Assembly: GCA_907165135.1 (NCBI GenBank)
Contig: OU015566.1
Coordinates: 3,906,001 to 3,970,000, forward strand
Reading direction: 5' to 3'
DNA from: Oikopleura dioica
Taxonomy: Eukaryota; Animalia; Chordata
Length of the DNA: 64,000 nt
Shown here: positions 11,954 through 23,630 of the stretch, in pieces
Layout of the letters: each line of letters starts with the position of its first letter
Position numbering within the stretch: the stretch's first letter is position 1
Notes under the pieces: model-generated
Seen by the model: the letters and a program-made list of their open reading frames with translations, nothing else
Told to the model about the DNA's origin: nothing
Databases searched by the model: none
Program-made: the position numbers and the translations under genes

Positions 11954-13769
11954 ATGGGATTTTGGGACATTCCAAACTTGAAACTCTATGGAATCCTTAC
12001 CGCGCTCTTCATCCCCTTTCTTATCGTCAAAATTTGGACAGATTTGAAAAGTAAATTTGGAATTTTGATCTTTTTGAAGTTCAATGATCGCTCGAAAATT
12101 GGAGAGGCTTTGGTCGAGATGCGAAAGTGCTTTCAAAAAGGCTCCTGCGTCATTTTTCGAGAATACAAGCAGATAAAAATTGAGAAATACGAGTTTCTCA
12201 GAGAAGTTTCGAAGTACAAGAGTTTTTCGCACATTCTTTGGGCAATTGGTCAAAAATTAAAGATCGCAAAATTCAAAATTTAGCAAAAATGACCAAGAAA
12301 AAAGCTTCATTGCGAGTCTGAGTCGCATCTGGACTATATTCTTCCTAAAATTGAGCAGCGGCTGAACAATGATCCTGTCGTGGCGAAATCAAAAACGATG
12401 AAGTTGAAAGACATTGGACTTGCGCACTTTTTCGACACGGTTACTCTCGGAGTTTTCAACAAGAAAAAGACCTCAGAAAGGTTGGTTCTTTAGGAAAGAT
12501 AGATTCTAGTGATGATTTTAAGATTCCTGCGTTTTTACAGTCCACATGTTCGATACGGAGACTGGAGCAATCGAGACTGGTTCAACATCCTGAGGTAAGA
12601 GAACCAAAAGAGCTAGAAACCGAGCATTTAAGGGTATAGTCATCGATTTTGGTCGGGTCTCCAATTTTTAATCTGAGCACATTTTTAGAATCCCCATAAA
12701 TTTCTGACCAAAAAACTTATGATTATTTTGGTTATCTTAACCTATTTGGCCGCAAATTGCGTTTGAAAGTGGCGAAATTTAGTGCATTTTGATCATTAGC
12801 CGAATATTTTGAAATTTTGACCATTTTTAGGGGCCTTGTAAGGGTGCCATATGATACATTTTTAGAAAGCTTATATTCAGGGCATTTATTTAGGACCACG
12901 TAGGGTAAATTTGGGCTATGCCCGCAGGGCATTTTATCAAAATGAAAGGTAAAAATTTGGTACCTTGGTTCTTTTGAAAATTTTTCAAAGAAAATTAGAT
13001 GATTACAGTATAAGGCTGTGTCATTTTTAAGATTAGGGTCTATATTTTAAGAAAAAAACATAAAATCAATAGGTTTATATAGAAACTTTGGACTTATAAC
13101 GCCTTGAAAAGAGGCAATTTTCGCGTTATTTGGCCGAGAGCTCAACTTTGAGCGATCCGCAAACCATGATTTTCTTGGAAATAACGTAAAAAGCTGTGAC
13201 AAAAGTGAGATCTAGGATAGATCTTTTATATGACCTATTTTAGAGCCTCCCACATATTCCCAGTTCCGAGTTATAACCCCCTGAAATCGGCCAAATCGAC
13301 GACTATACCCTTAAAGTCTGATGTACACGTCGGGAATGGAGCGAATTTCGCGAATTCAAGGCTTCGCTGACTACAAAATGCTTCAAGAGCGTTTTCCGAC
13401 TCCATCTGGCGGCTTGGTCGAGTCCAAAAAAGACTCGGTCGTTTTCGTCGAAGTCACTTTTCCCTCCGAAGACAAAGATTCTGTATGAAATAAAATACAA
13501 AATTCTTAATTTTCGCAAGCTTTCCAAGATTTATTTGAAGCTGAAAAGAGGAAATACAGAAAAAATACAGGAGGATGAAATTTGTTTGTTGGACAGGGAG
13601 AAAGCAACTTATGTTTACAATTTTTAAACCGGGGAAAAATGGTGACTTGCTGGTTGATTTAACAGATTGTTTGAACGAGCGTAGGCAGATAATAATGAAC
13701 AAGGATTTTTGGGGAGGGGATTTTGAAAGGCTGATTGACGCTGATTTTGGACGAATGAAAGTAGAATGA
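11954..13769 (+). pseudogene. Gene X copy 3 (MITE in an intron, 2-nt deletion frameshift in the last exon)
   Basis: Homologous to 889-2027. gggagaaagcaac here versus gggagaaaaagcaac in copies 1 and 2 shifts the last-exon frame. Confidence 0.65.
12632..13310. mobile_element. Non-autonomous DNA transposon/MITE, 679 bp, TTAA TSD, GGG...CCC termini (Kolobok-like)
   Basis: TIR GGGTATAGTC(A/G)TCGATTT. TTAA at 12628-12631 and 13311-13314. Absent from the same intron in gene X copies 1 and 2. Confidence 0.88.
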
Positions 13770-13975
13770 CACACCATTATTATTTGCACGAGTTAATATT
13801 TGTTATTGCGAATCGCTGAAGTACGGAAAAGGAAACACTCGGGGCACCGATAATGATTTACTCGCCAGAGGAAGCTGAGGATTTGTAAATTGAACTACTA
13901 GGTAAAAAGTATGGTTTTATTTGGAATGCAAATTTTAATTTATTTTTACTAAAAAGAAATAGGAAGAGACAAAAT

Positions 13976-16900
13976 TTACTTTTTTCTCTTTTTATTCTTT
14001 TTCTTTCCTCCTTTTTTCGGAGTGTTATTTTGCTTTGCCGTCGCCGAGCTAGGCTCAGTTTCCGGCTCAGCTGGTTCCACTGGCTCAGTTGGCTCAGCCG
14101 ACTCGGAAGTCAAAAATCCTGAGCAAGTGCTTGTGCTACGGTTGGTTCTGATTTCTCCTCAGATTCTGGCTCTTTCGAGTTTTCGGGTTCTTTTGATACC
14201 GGTTCAGATGAAATTTCAGGGGCTGGAGTAGATTCAGAAACAGAACTTGACTCAACTGGCGTTTCAGGCTCCTTTGGCGCCTCAATTTCGGGAGCACTAT
14301 CTTTGACGGAATCTGGCTCAACGGAGACTTGCTCAGACGGAACTGATGTAGTCTCAGATGGTTCAGATTTTTCCGGCTCATCTGAAACATCAACAGTTTC
14401 AGCCTCAGTAACAGGTGCTTTTTCAACCAAATCTGAGGCTGGCTCGATCTTATTTGAGTCTTCCTTTTCAGGCTCGTCTTTTGACTCGTCTGACTTAGGA
14501 GCCTCCTTGGTCTCAGAGACTGGCTGATCCTGTTTCTCAACAACAATATCGGTTTCTTCAACAACAGTGTCTAAAACAGCCGATTCTTTTTCAATAATCA
14601 CGCCCGAGTCTGGTTCTGTTTCTGGCGCTGCTTCTTCAGCCTTTTCCTCTACCACTACTTCCACCTCTATTTTATCATTATCACCGCTAGTTTTTTCTAT
14701 CACCTCTGGAGGAGAGTTGATCTCTTTCTCATCGGAGATATCTTCCAACTCCTCTTTTTCCTCCTCGTTACCCTTATCAGCTTTTTTCTTATCGCCCCGT
14801 TTCAGGGACGATTTCAGCTTTTCAGAGGAGTTTTTGAGCCCCTTCAGCCCTTTAGAAAACGCTTTCGAAGTTTTAGTTTTCGCTTTTCCGAGCCTTTTGG
14901 AAATGCCCTTTTTGAGCTTGGCGGACGCGCTCGAGATCGTCGACGACATCGTCAATTCAGTTACGGTCGTCATCGCGTCTTCCGAGAGTGATTCGTCGTT
15001 GTTCTCACCATCATCCTCGTCGGAATCGTCGATGACGATGGGTGGTGTGTCATTTGATTGATTGGTGGTGCTTTTGGGGGAGGACTGTTAATTCGGTTAT
15101 TGATTGGTTAGTCGAACATGCGGAAGAGTTTCATTAATAAAATTGGTGTAACAAAATTCGTAATTTTGTGATTTTTGGCAAGTACTAGAGTCGTAGAATC
15201 AAATTAGTGGAAATTAAAGAAGATCATGTGTGAATTCTTCTTCGCAAATCAGCTCACCATGCAATTAGAATTGGTCAAAAGTCAATAAATAATAATCAAA
15301 AAAGAATCGTCCAATAGAAAATATCGTTTTGAGAAAGTATATTTTTACAAAAGATAAAGAGTAGGCTACAAACTAGAAGATGAGCTATTTTGGACTATTT
15401 TGCTTGAGAGAGGTTATTTTGGATAAGCCGAAGACCTGAGGCGATTTCTTCTTATCAGGCGTATTCGGTGGAGAGGCGGATTCTAGCGACGCTGCTGTTA
15501 GACTGCTTTCAGCTTTTTCGGGAACTTTTTCTGAAAAAGAAGCTTTTTAGATCGGGTTTTGAAATTTCGGAATGGTAAATGTAAATGAATTTTTCGCCCC
15601 GTGAATCAAAATCTTAAATGAATTGTCTGTGAATTTTCAGAAAGAAAAAAAATTCAGTCAAAAATCAAGGAAATAATAACAGGTTTTTTTTTATTCTGCT
15701 CCAAATTGGTGGAGCGTTTTTGAAGGTGTTAGAGTCGAGATATTTCAATTCTCTCTTTTGCACCACGTTGGGGAGGGTCTGTAGTGTGTTAAATAAGCTT
15801 TTGGCGTCAACACCATAACTGGTGGTGGAGTAATCAGCAGGTCAAAAATACACTAAAATCATAGGAAAAAATCTTGATGACGTCATTACTCCACCACCAA
15901 CACTGGTGTTTGCGCCAAAAATGCCAAGAATGTTTGATATTGCTGTAAGGAACACCCCTAAGTGATGAAATTGCAGATATATAGACTGTTAGTACTTTTC
16001 AATTTTATTGTGTCCCCCACGACCAGTCGGAAATTCCGGATTCATGACGTCATTGCTCCACCACCAGTGATGTTGAAGGCACCAAAAGCTTATTTAACAC
16101 ACTACAGACCTTTCTCTACATGACACAAAAGAGAGAACTAAAAAATGTTGAGTTTAAGGTAGTCAAAAGTGCTCCACCATTTTGCATCAGTATAAAAAAA
16201 AACCTGTTAATACTCTTTTGGCACTTTATTGTCGATTTTCAAGCCTAAAACAAAACACGCAAAACTAAAACCCTGAAAAACAGCGAAAGAACTAACCTGG
16301 AGAAGGGAGGGGCGATTCGTCTTTAGGGAGATCATCTTCTATCGGCAAAGCACTTTGAACTTTCAAATCTGTGAGTGGGTTTCATTCATTTTTAATAGTG
16401 GCAAAATCGAGGTGCTCCTGAATGATTTTTGGTGAAGAAAAACAAGGCTCGTGAAGAAATAAATAAAGTTGAACTGAAACAGCAAGAGTACGGAGTTCTA
16501 GTGATAAATGAAGAAATTACGGAAGCTTCCATCTAGTATGGAAGAAATGCATGCAAATGATTGTCAACTAATTGAAGAAAATGGTGAAGAAATAAACGAC
16601 AACGTAATAAAATGCCCAGTAAATCATCAGAAGCTGGACTGACATTTCCGTATTTCGCATTTTATCACACTTGTCACTCTCCTCTTTCACTAGGATTTTT
16701 AAAGCACGCCACAAATGTTCAAAACTTATCAATAAAAAGAACCCTTCCTTTTTCTACTTTCGAAATGAGCATGTCGAGAGGCTCATCATCGGGATCAGTG
16801 GCGTCTTTTGACGATGCAACTGGCTGAAGATGATCGTCGATCTCGGGATCAGAAACTGGCTCTGGGCTGGGCTCGGTGGATTCGTACTCGACGGGAACAT

Positions 16901-19900
16901 TGACGGACTTTTTGGAGACTGGCTCGGGCTCGGGAGAGGAAGGGATGGATTCAGGGGTGGGTTCCACTGCAGCTTGAGTCGTGACGATTGCCGCACTATT
17001 TCCACTAAAAGGGTCATAATTATGGGATTGTTTTTCAGCTCTTACCTTGCAAGTTCATCGACGCTCATCTTTTCATCCTCTTTTTGTGGGATTCCTTGGG
17101 GAGGGTCCTTGTCAAGAACCGTCTCTTGAATCACATTTTCGAAGATTTGAGAAGTGCTACGTTCGGAAAGACTTGTCGGACTTGCTAGAACCGGGGAACC
17201 AAGAGTGGCGTTATTCGGAGAGTTTGGAGGCAAAGATGCTCGAGAAGAGGCACGGGAGAGGCTTTGTGGCTTCGGTGGAGGAACTGGTTTGTCAGAAGCG
17301 ACGCTTGAACGGCCAGATGCGACGGAAGATCTGCTGCTTGCTCTAGAATTGATTGTTAAGGAGGTATCTGTGTCTAATACGCGGTATTCTCGCGCGTACA
17401 AACTTCTCACACCTTAATTTTACTGTTTCGAAGGGTTGAACTCTACAGAAACACAAACAGTAACTCTAGCTCTACTTTCACCACTTCGATAGACATTTCC
17501 AAGTTGGAAATTCCAACTTATTCTCGGATTCTTACCTGAGCATATCTGGTCTTGGAAGCGACGCTGTAGAAAGTCGATTACTTGCCACTGAATTTCTGCT
17601 AGATGCTCGACCGAGTGTGTTATCAGCAAGTCTACTGTAACGCTGGCTAGCGGAGGAGGAGAGGGAGACATTACTGTTGCTTCGCGATGGGGGCAGTGGG
17701 GGCTTGGAGCCGCGGAAGGAAAGTGAAGCTTGACTGGATGCTCGGGAGGATGAACGAAGAGGTTGTTTGTCTGGTGAGCCAGCAGGGGATGAGCCGTTTT
17801 GAAGCTCAGCGGCTTCTTCTGGAACTTTTAAAATAATGTTAAAACTGCTCTTGGTGAAGGGAAAATAATGACAGGCAAAATAAGTGAATGTAAAACCGGC
17901 ATCAAGGCTTTGATAAATGGTAAATGAGCTTATTACGAAGGGATGAACTCATTATTGACTTGAGTGGAGTACTCGCAGCGATAGGGCGTCTGTTTTGACG
18001 ATGGATTACAACTTTTCGTTCGTGAAAAAATACTCCTTTGACGATATAAATGCTTACCTTCGTTTATACTTTGTTGAGAAGCAACTGAAGCTCTGGAAGA
18101 GTGTCTTGATCTTTGACTTCCTGTATCAGCCTGGGGCGAGCCGCCGAAAGAGCGGAGGGAGGGACGAGAAGTGACAGAGGTGATGCTTCTTTGTGAGGGT
18201 TGTCGGGAGAGGTTTTCAGCTGGAGTAGGGAGGACGTACTCGCCATGAGTTGTGCTAGCCATCGACATCTAAAGAGACATGAGCTTGAAATCACGCAAGA
18301 TTAACTTACCTTTGATTGAGCTCGATTGACTGATGTCAAGCTCTGAAGAGAGCCATGATCGGTCATGAATCGCTGGAGCCTGTTGATGATTTCTTCTTGA
18401 TATCCCCATCTCCAACGGACTCCATTCATGAAGCACAGATCTCTTATCGCTTCAGGAACACTGTCTGGCACTGGCCATTTCCAGCCAGGAGCCACCATTG
18501 GAATGATATTGCAACCTTTAGCGAAAGCAGTCACGATCCAGCGATAAAACGGATCGAGAGCGAGAGTGTTTTCATCTTCGCAGGCGTTTTGAATGAGATT
18601 TTCAAGGCAACCTGGTGTCAGGACGAGAAGGAAGTGGCCTGCGTGAGCGATATTCGTTTCGTGGCGGAGGGTGACTTCGTCGGACTTCGGGATCAAGCCC
18701 CAGTTGGTAGCGACGGAGAAAGATCGTAGACGGAGGTAGGCGCAGAGGGACTCGCTCAGAAGTTGACCCTCTTTCCAAGAGCAGACGAAGACTAAAGAAA
18801 AATGATCGAAAAGAGTACTTCAAAAAGAGTTAGTAAGTAAAAGTTAAGTTAAACAGCTATACATGCAGATAGACATTATAACGGCTTGATTTTAAACGGG
18901 CCAGACCAGAAGACCCTGAGACCTTAATTTCCACTACAAATCCTATTATTTTCTGTCAACATCACTTCACCAAAATGACGAAAAACGCTATCCGATTTCA
19001 AACCTCTTTCAAAGCAGCAGTATTTATCTACTGAATCGTTTGTAATTTACAAAAAATTCTTCCAATACTTCGAAGTTTATGAAAATATCAGTCGGACTTA
19101 CCATCCTTTGGATCTTGCACATCGTCATGTCCATTTGCTCCCTCGTCGCGACGAACTGCCTCTAGAATTTTTGTCCTGTGGACTCCATTGGTGATTTGGC
19201 AGTCGACTTTCAAGTGCTCGTCCGTTAGATGAGGCAAGAAATCGCGATCGACGCCAGCTTGGATGAGATGAAAAGTGTACTGGCTGAATTCGCGGCCTAT
19301 TCCGGACAGCCACTTTTGAATGCCACTTGCATCTTCGCTCGTGTAATCGCCATTGATTCGTAGTTCGACGAGGTCTTGGATGAACTTCCGGCGGTGGAAC
19401 TTGTTTGACATCAGGAAGACCTGGACGAGATCGTCTTCGTTGAGCAACAGGAGCATTCGCCCATCGCAGCAGGACTCAACAGCCGTGGCGGCGAAGTCCT
19501 TGAATCCGTTGATTTCGAACCATGTGGCGACGTCGTCGGTGTCCCACATGTGCACTTGGGGGCAGAGCTTGACGGGGATGGGAATGTCCATGATTCTCAA
19601 GCAATTCGATGCTAGTTCTCTTGCGTAACCACTCAAGGTACTCGCTGCGCACTTTTTCAACGCGGCGATGTTGTTCGTGTCGCTGAAAACATCAAATTGT
19701 CGCATCGCTTTCCGCGCTAGAACTTCTTGAAGAAGAAAAAACGCGCCGATTGCCTGGATCGTTCCATTGTTGGAATAGAGGAGTTGGTTGACGCGCTCGA
19801 GGATAGGAGGAGCGATTCCATAGGCGATGCGTTTGCTATTCTCGAGTTGGAAGCTTTCGCATTTGAAAAAGTCGTGATGGGTTTGAAGGAACTCGTTGGC

Positions 19901-21214
19901 CAGCGGGTTTTGGAATGTTATGTTGATAGACGGTTCTTTGTTGGAAGCGAGAACAGCAAGTGCAAGCGAAGCATGGAAAACGGCAAAATCAACACTCGAC
20001 GCTTGAATGATGGATAAATAATGGTGCACGCCGAGCTTGGACATGCGCTCATGAATCGAGTGTTTGGTATTGCTCGCCAGAGCAGAAAAGCTATAAAATT
20101 GCGCCGCGAATCGAGCAACGGCCGGCTCGTCGATGCGTTCCAGCGCCGTCGCGACGATGTCGAAGGCTTTCAGTCGAATTAACTTGGAGATGACTTCGTC
20201 CGATTCTTTCACGCAGGCAGCGAGAACTTCTAGCGCGGCGCTGCGGAACTCGAAGTTTTTGCTTCTGAAAAAAATGATTATTCAATGAAAGAGCTAGAGA
20301 AAAGCCTCCTACGGCTTTTTCGAACGAAGAAACTTGGTTTCCAAGCCGAAAAAAGCAGCATGCGGCTCAATATTCGGGATATTTTTGAAAATATTACCTG
20401 ACATAATGATCGAAGCAGTTGACGACCGCCTGTAAGTTGTCCTGTTTGCAAATAAATTTCCTAATTTCTGGAATAAATATCGACGCAGCGATCAATTTGA
20501 GTGATTCCAGCACCAGTTCGGGAGGCGAGTCGGGAGCGAGCGAGTCGACCGCCAAATGCAAAATTTCTCGTTCAAGTAGATGTCCGGAAAATTGCACCGC
20601 CAAATTAGCCTGCTTGTCTTCCCAGGCTTGGTCGATTATCGCCGTTGCGTGCCCAAAGCCTGACTCTTTTCCATCAATGTCTGAAAAGGATCAATTAGTA
20701 GCCATACGCGTTTGAGTTAATTGAATGCAGCTTTGAGCATGGTAGTCTCCAGCCTCAAGGGATCATTTTTCTTTGAAGAAAAAGAGCTGGTTATATTCAC
20801 TTTAACTGGTTGGTGATTGATTAAAGTAATGATGATGAATTTAATTCTTTGGGAGTTAAACAGTGGCTTTAGAAATTGGCTCACGGTATGATTCTGAAGA
20901 TTGAGCTCGGTAACCTGTGAAAAAACTGAGTAAGGGTCTTGAAAGAGCTGTGCGGAATTATGAGAGCTTTTATCGGCATCCTGACTTAGGTTTCAACACA
21001 AGTTATCGAGCCCAGCGCTAATGCACATAGAAACCCGTCCATCAAAGTTTATTTTCCTACCTTCAGGATCAATTTTGGCAAAATGCTTTAAAACATTGTT
21101 GAATCTGGCGACCAAAGCTCCATGTGGCGATTGATTCTCAGGCTTCATCGTTGCTGACCTGGCCATCGTTGTATTTGCACGCTTATTTGTGTTCTCATTG
21201 ATGTATATTTTCAT
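13976..21214 (-). CDS. SARM1: SARM1/TIR-1 orthologue (ARM-SAM-SAM-TIR) with a long C-terminal extension; multi-exon
   Basis: ARM region (IIDQAWEDKQ..., LAACVKESDEVISKL), tandem SAMs (WDTDDVATWFEINGFKDF; IQKWLSGIGREFSQYTFHLIQAGVDRDFLPHLTDEHLKVDCQITNGVHRTKIL) and TIR (DVFVCSW...HFLLVLTPGCLE...NIIPMV...WKWP...NGVRW...YQE). Downstream exons splice in phase to the stop at 13976. The first exons (20750-21214) are tentative. Confidence 0.85.
15679..16207. mobile_element. MITE with long imperfect TIRs (~530 bp) in a SARM1 intron
   Basis: Termini ACAGGTTTTTTTT...AAAAAAAACCTGT with arms that pair over ~200 bp. The empty site ggaaataatactc at ~8611 in the duplicate implies a TAATA (or AAT) TSD. Confidence 0.88.
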
Positions 21215-22429
21215 AAATCTTCGAATCGTAAAAACAAGTCCAAAAAAATAAGCTTCTCTATATGATGATTTTATCCAGATTCAATTTTACGTGCTCTAAA
21301 ATCCAGAAGAATTAACACTTTTTATGCCTAAGCGCAATTTTTCTCCGGTCAAATTCCTTTCACCACCCAGAAAAAGATAGAATTCTCATAAAAATAATCA
21401 TTTTTGATCTAAAAATCGCAAAATAATTAATGGTATTCGCGATTTTCTTCATAAATAGCTCCTTTTCGACCATTTTTGAGGAGCTTTTTTGACCATAATA
21501 ATGGAATTTTAGTAAGAAAAATTTTCATTGATAAAAATTTGAAAACACATGCCTGGGGCAATCTGCCCGCCTTATTATTTCCACCTGGCGACGAGAAAGT
21601 TTGCGCTCTTCCCAAACTCATTTCTCCATTTTTCTCTGAAAACAAAATTTTTCTTCAAAACGCAATTTTCTTCTTCTTTCAATCGATTCTCTGGCAATTA
21701 AATTTTTTAAATATTTTCGAGCGCTGGAAAAAAAATTGGAGAAAGAAAAAAATAATTTTACGCACGACGGCGCGCCGCGGCTTGATTCGAATTTGCCCAA
21801 TCACCGGCGCGAGAGAAAGCCCTCGGGGCAAATTCAGTCAAGAGAAGAGTACGCAGCTCGGCGGTACGTGTCCGATTTTTTCTAGATTTCTCTTGGAAAA
21901 ATGAGGAAAAGCTCGCTTTTCGGGTTTTGGCAAATTCAAAATCCAATATCTTGATTTTTATGAATTCGAAATTTTCAAATATTTGAGATGAATAAATTTT
22001 ATTTTATTGCCGCGTTCGTGATTCAGAATTTAGTGGGTTTTCATGTGATATTTGAAGCAATATGGGTTTTTCGACCAATCAGAAGCCTTCATTGTTTTCT
22101 CAGCCAATCATAGAGCGCATACCTAAAGACACCCCCAATTTCTACGGAGCTAATAATAGAATAGCCCCAGACTATCCGAAATAACCACAAAAGCTTCTCA
22201 TTGGTCGCAATCCCCTATATTGACTTATTATATAACAAATTTTCAATTTGTTTCTTGAATAAATTTTACCGATGCTTCGAAAACTTCTCAAACTGCTTCC
22301 TCTGGTCAAATACTGAATCTCTTCTATTCCAGCCATTCTTCAATTTCTCTTTTTTAGACCCGATTCAGCTGCTTTTCAAATTGAATCATTCAAACTCAAA
22401 TCTTCGAATAAAGAAAACTGAAGATAAAA

Positions 22430-22774
22430 ATGTCGGAAGTAGTGCGCGATTCGCTGACAGAGCCACTCAATGAAGTTTCAAAAGAGAGCTCAAGCATCCT
22501 TTCAAAGGCAAGTGAAAACACATACAAAAGGCTTAGCTTTCTCAGTGTTTTGTTAGACACAGAATTAGTGGCCGAATGATTTAATGAGCTTTTATTTGAA
22601 AATCTTCAAAGGGCTAATTTTCCAACTTTGAGCTCAAAAACTCGGCTTCGTTTTTGATTTTTATTGATGATAATTTGATAACATACTATTTTCAAGGTAA
22701 CTGTTCGAGATGTCCTCGTTTTTGGCGTTGGATTTTCAGTCGGCTGGGCATTCAAGCATTTCCGTAACAAGTAA
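22430..22774 (+). CDS. Candidate 51-aa tail-anchored microprotein (2 exons, GC-AG intron)
   Basis: MSEVVRDSLTEPLNEVSKESSSILSK|VTVRDVLVFGVGFSVGWAFKHFRNK*. Donor AAG|GCAAGT at 22508 and acceptor TTTTCAAG| at 22696. C-terminal hydrophobic segment with a basic tail. Confidence 0.5.
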
Positions 22775-23201
22775 CCAACCGTTTTTTAATGAAGCTTATG
22801 AAATATTTAGATATCTTGAGATGAAGAGAAAGTGGCTCCTCAGATCTTTGGAGAAAACTAACGAAGGTCTCGGAAAATCCGGAAAAGATACCACTACATA
22901 AGTCCGTCAACGACTTACCGATATTTATCAAGTGATATTTTCTCTTTCGACGAGAAAATATTCTCTTCCATGATTTCAGAAACATGTCAAAAGAAAATAA
23001 ATCGATTGTCCTATCTCTTTGCTCAAGGTGATTTGCAATAAGTCTTGCAGAGTTATTAATTTTCTTTCACGTAACTGATGAGAAATTATCTTGATTTGTT
23101 GCTGATAAATATTGTTTTGTCTTGAGAATGTTAAGTTTTATATCGATATTTTTGTATTAAATAATATGAGGAACAAAACAATAGATGAGGAGTTTATCAT
23201 T

Positions 23202-23523
23202 TCACATATCTTTTTCAGTGTTTGAGTAAACTTTAACCTTTTTATCAGAATAAGGATTCATCCTCCCAAGTCTCATGAGGCCGCTAAGGTAGCTTCGTTT
23301 TCGCATAACTCCGGGTTTTCCGAAGATCTTACAATTCGTGGAAGATTTTCTCCATTCTTCTTAACTCGTTTCCTATCGGAATCAGAAAGTTCTTACCGGG
23401 TAAAAAGGCGCAGAGAGGGCTCTCGAAGCTATCGTTCAAGTACTGCAAGTATGAAAATGCCATCTGTCGATTTGGATTGCCTGCAAATGACGAAAAAATA
23501 AGAAAATTGAAGAAAAACAGCAT
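23202..23523 (-). CDS. Candidate neuropeptide precursor yielding SYLSGLMRL-amide
   Basis: Signal-like MLFFFNFLIFSSFAG. A 37-nt GT-AG intron (23360-23396) gives ...PLCAFLPEEWRKSSTNCKIFGKPGVM-RKR-SYLSGLMRL-G-R-MNPYSDKK. The 3' end is uncertain. Confidence 0.5.
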
Positions 23524-23630
23524 GATTTTTGTATATTTTCTTCTGGGATTGTTTTTAAATATCGTTTATTCGGCTCAAGAGATAATTTTTAATGAAGACT
23601 GAACAACAAAAATTTAATAATGAAACATCA

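Noticed and set aside
14110-14135. Premature stop (AQDF*) inactivating the complete SARM1 copy
   Set aside because: The stop lies within a plausible 38-nt GT-AG intron whose removal restores the frame.
23262-23303. Tachykinin assignment for the GLM-containing peptide
   Set aside because: Tachykinins end in FxGLM-amide; here GLM is followed by RL before the Gly, and the Phe is absent.
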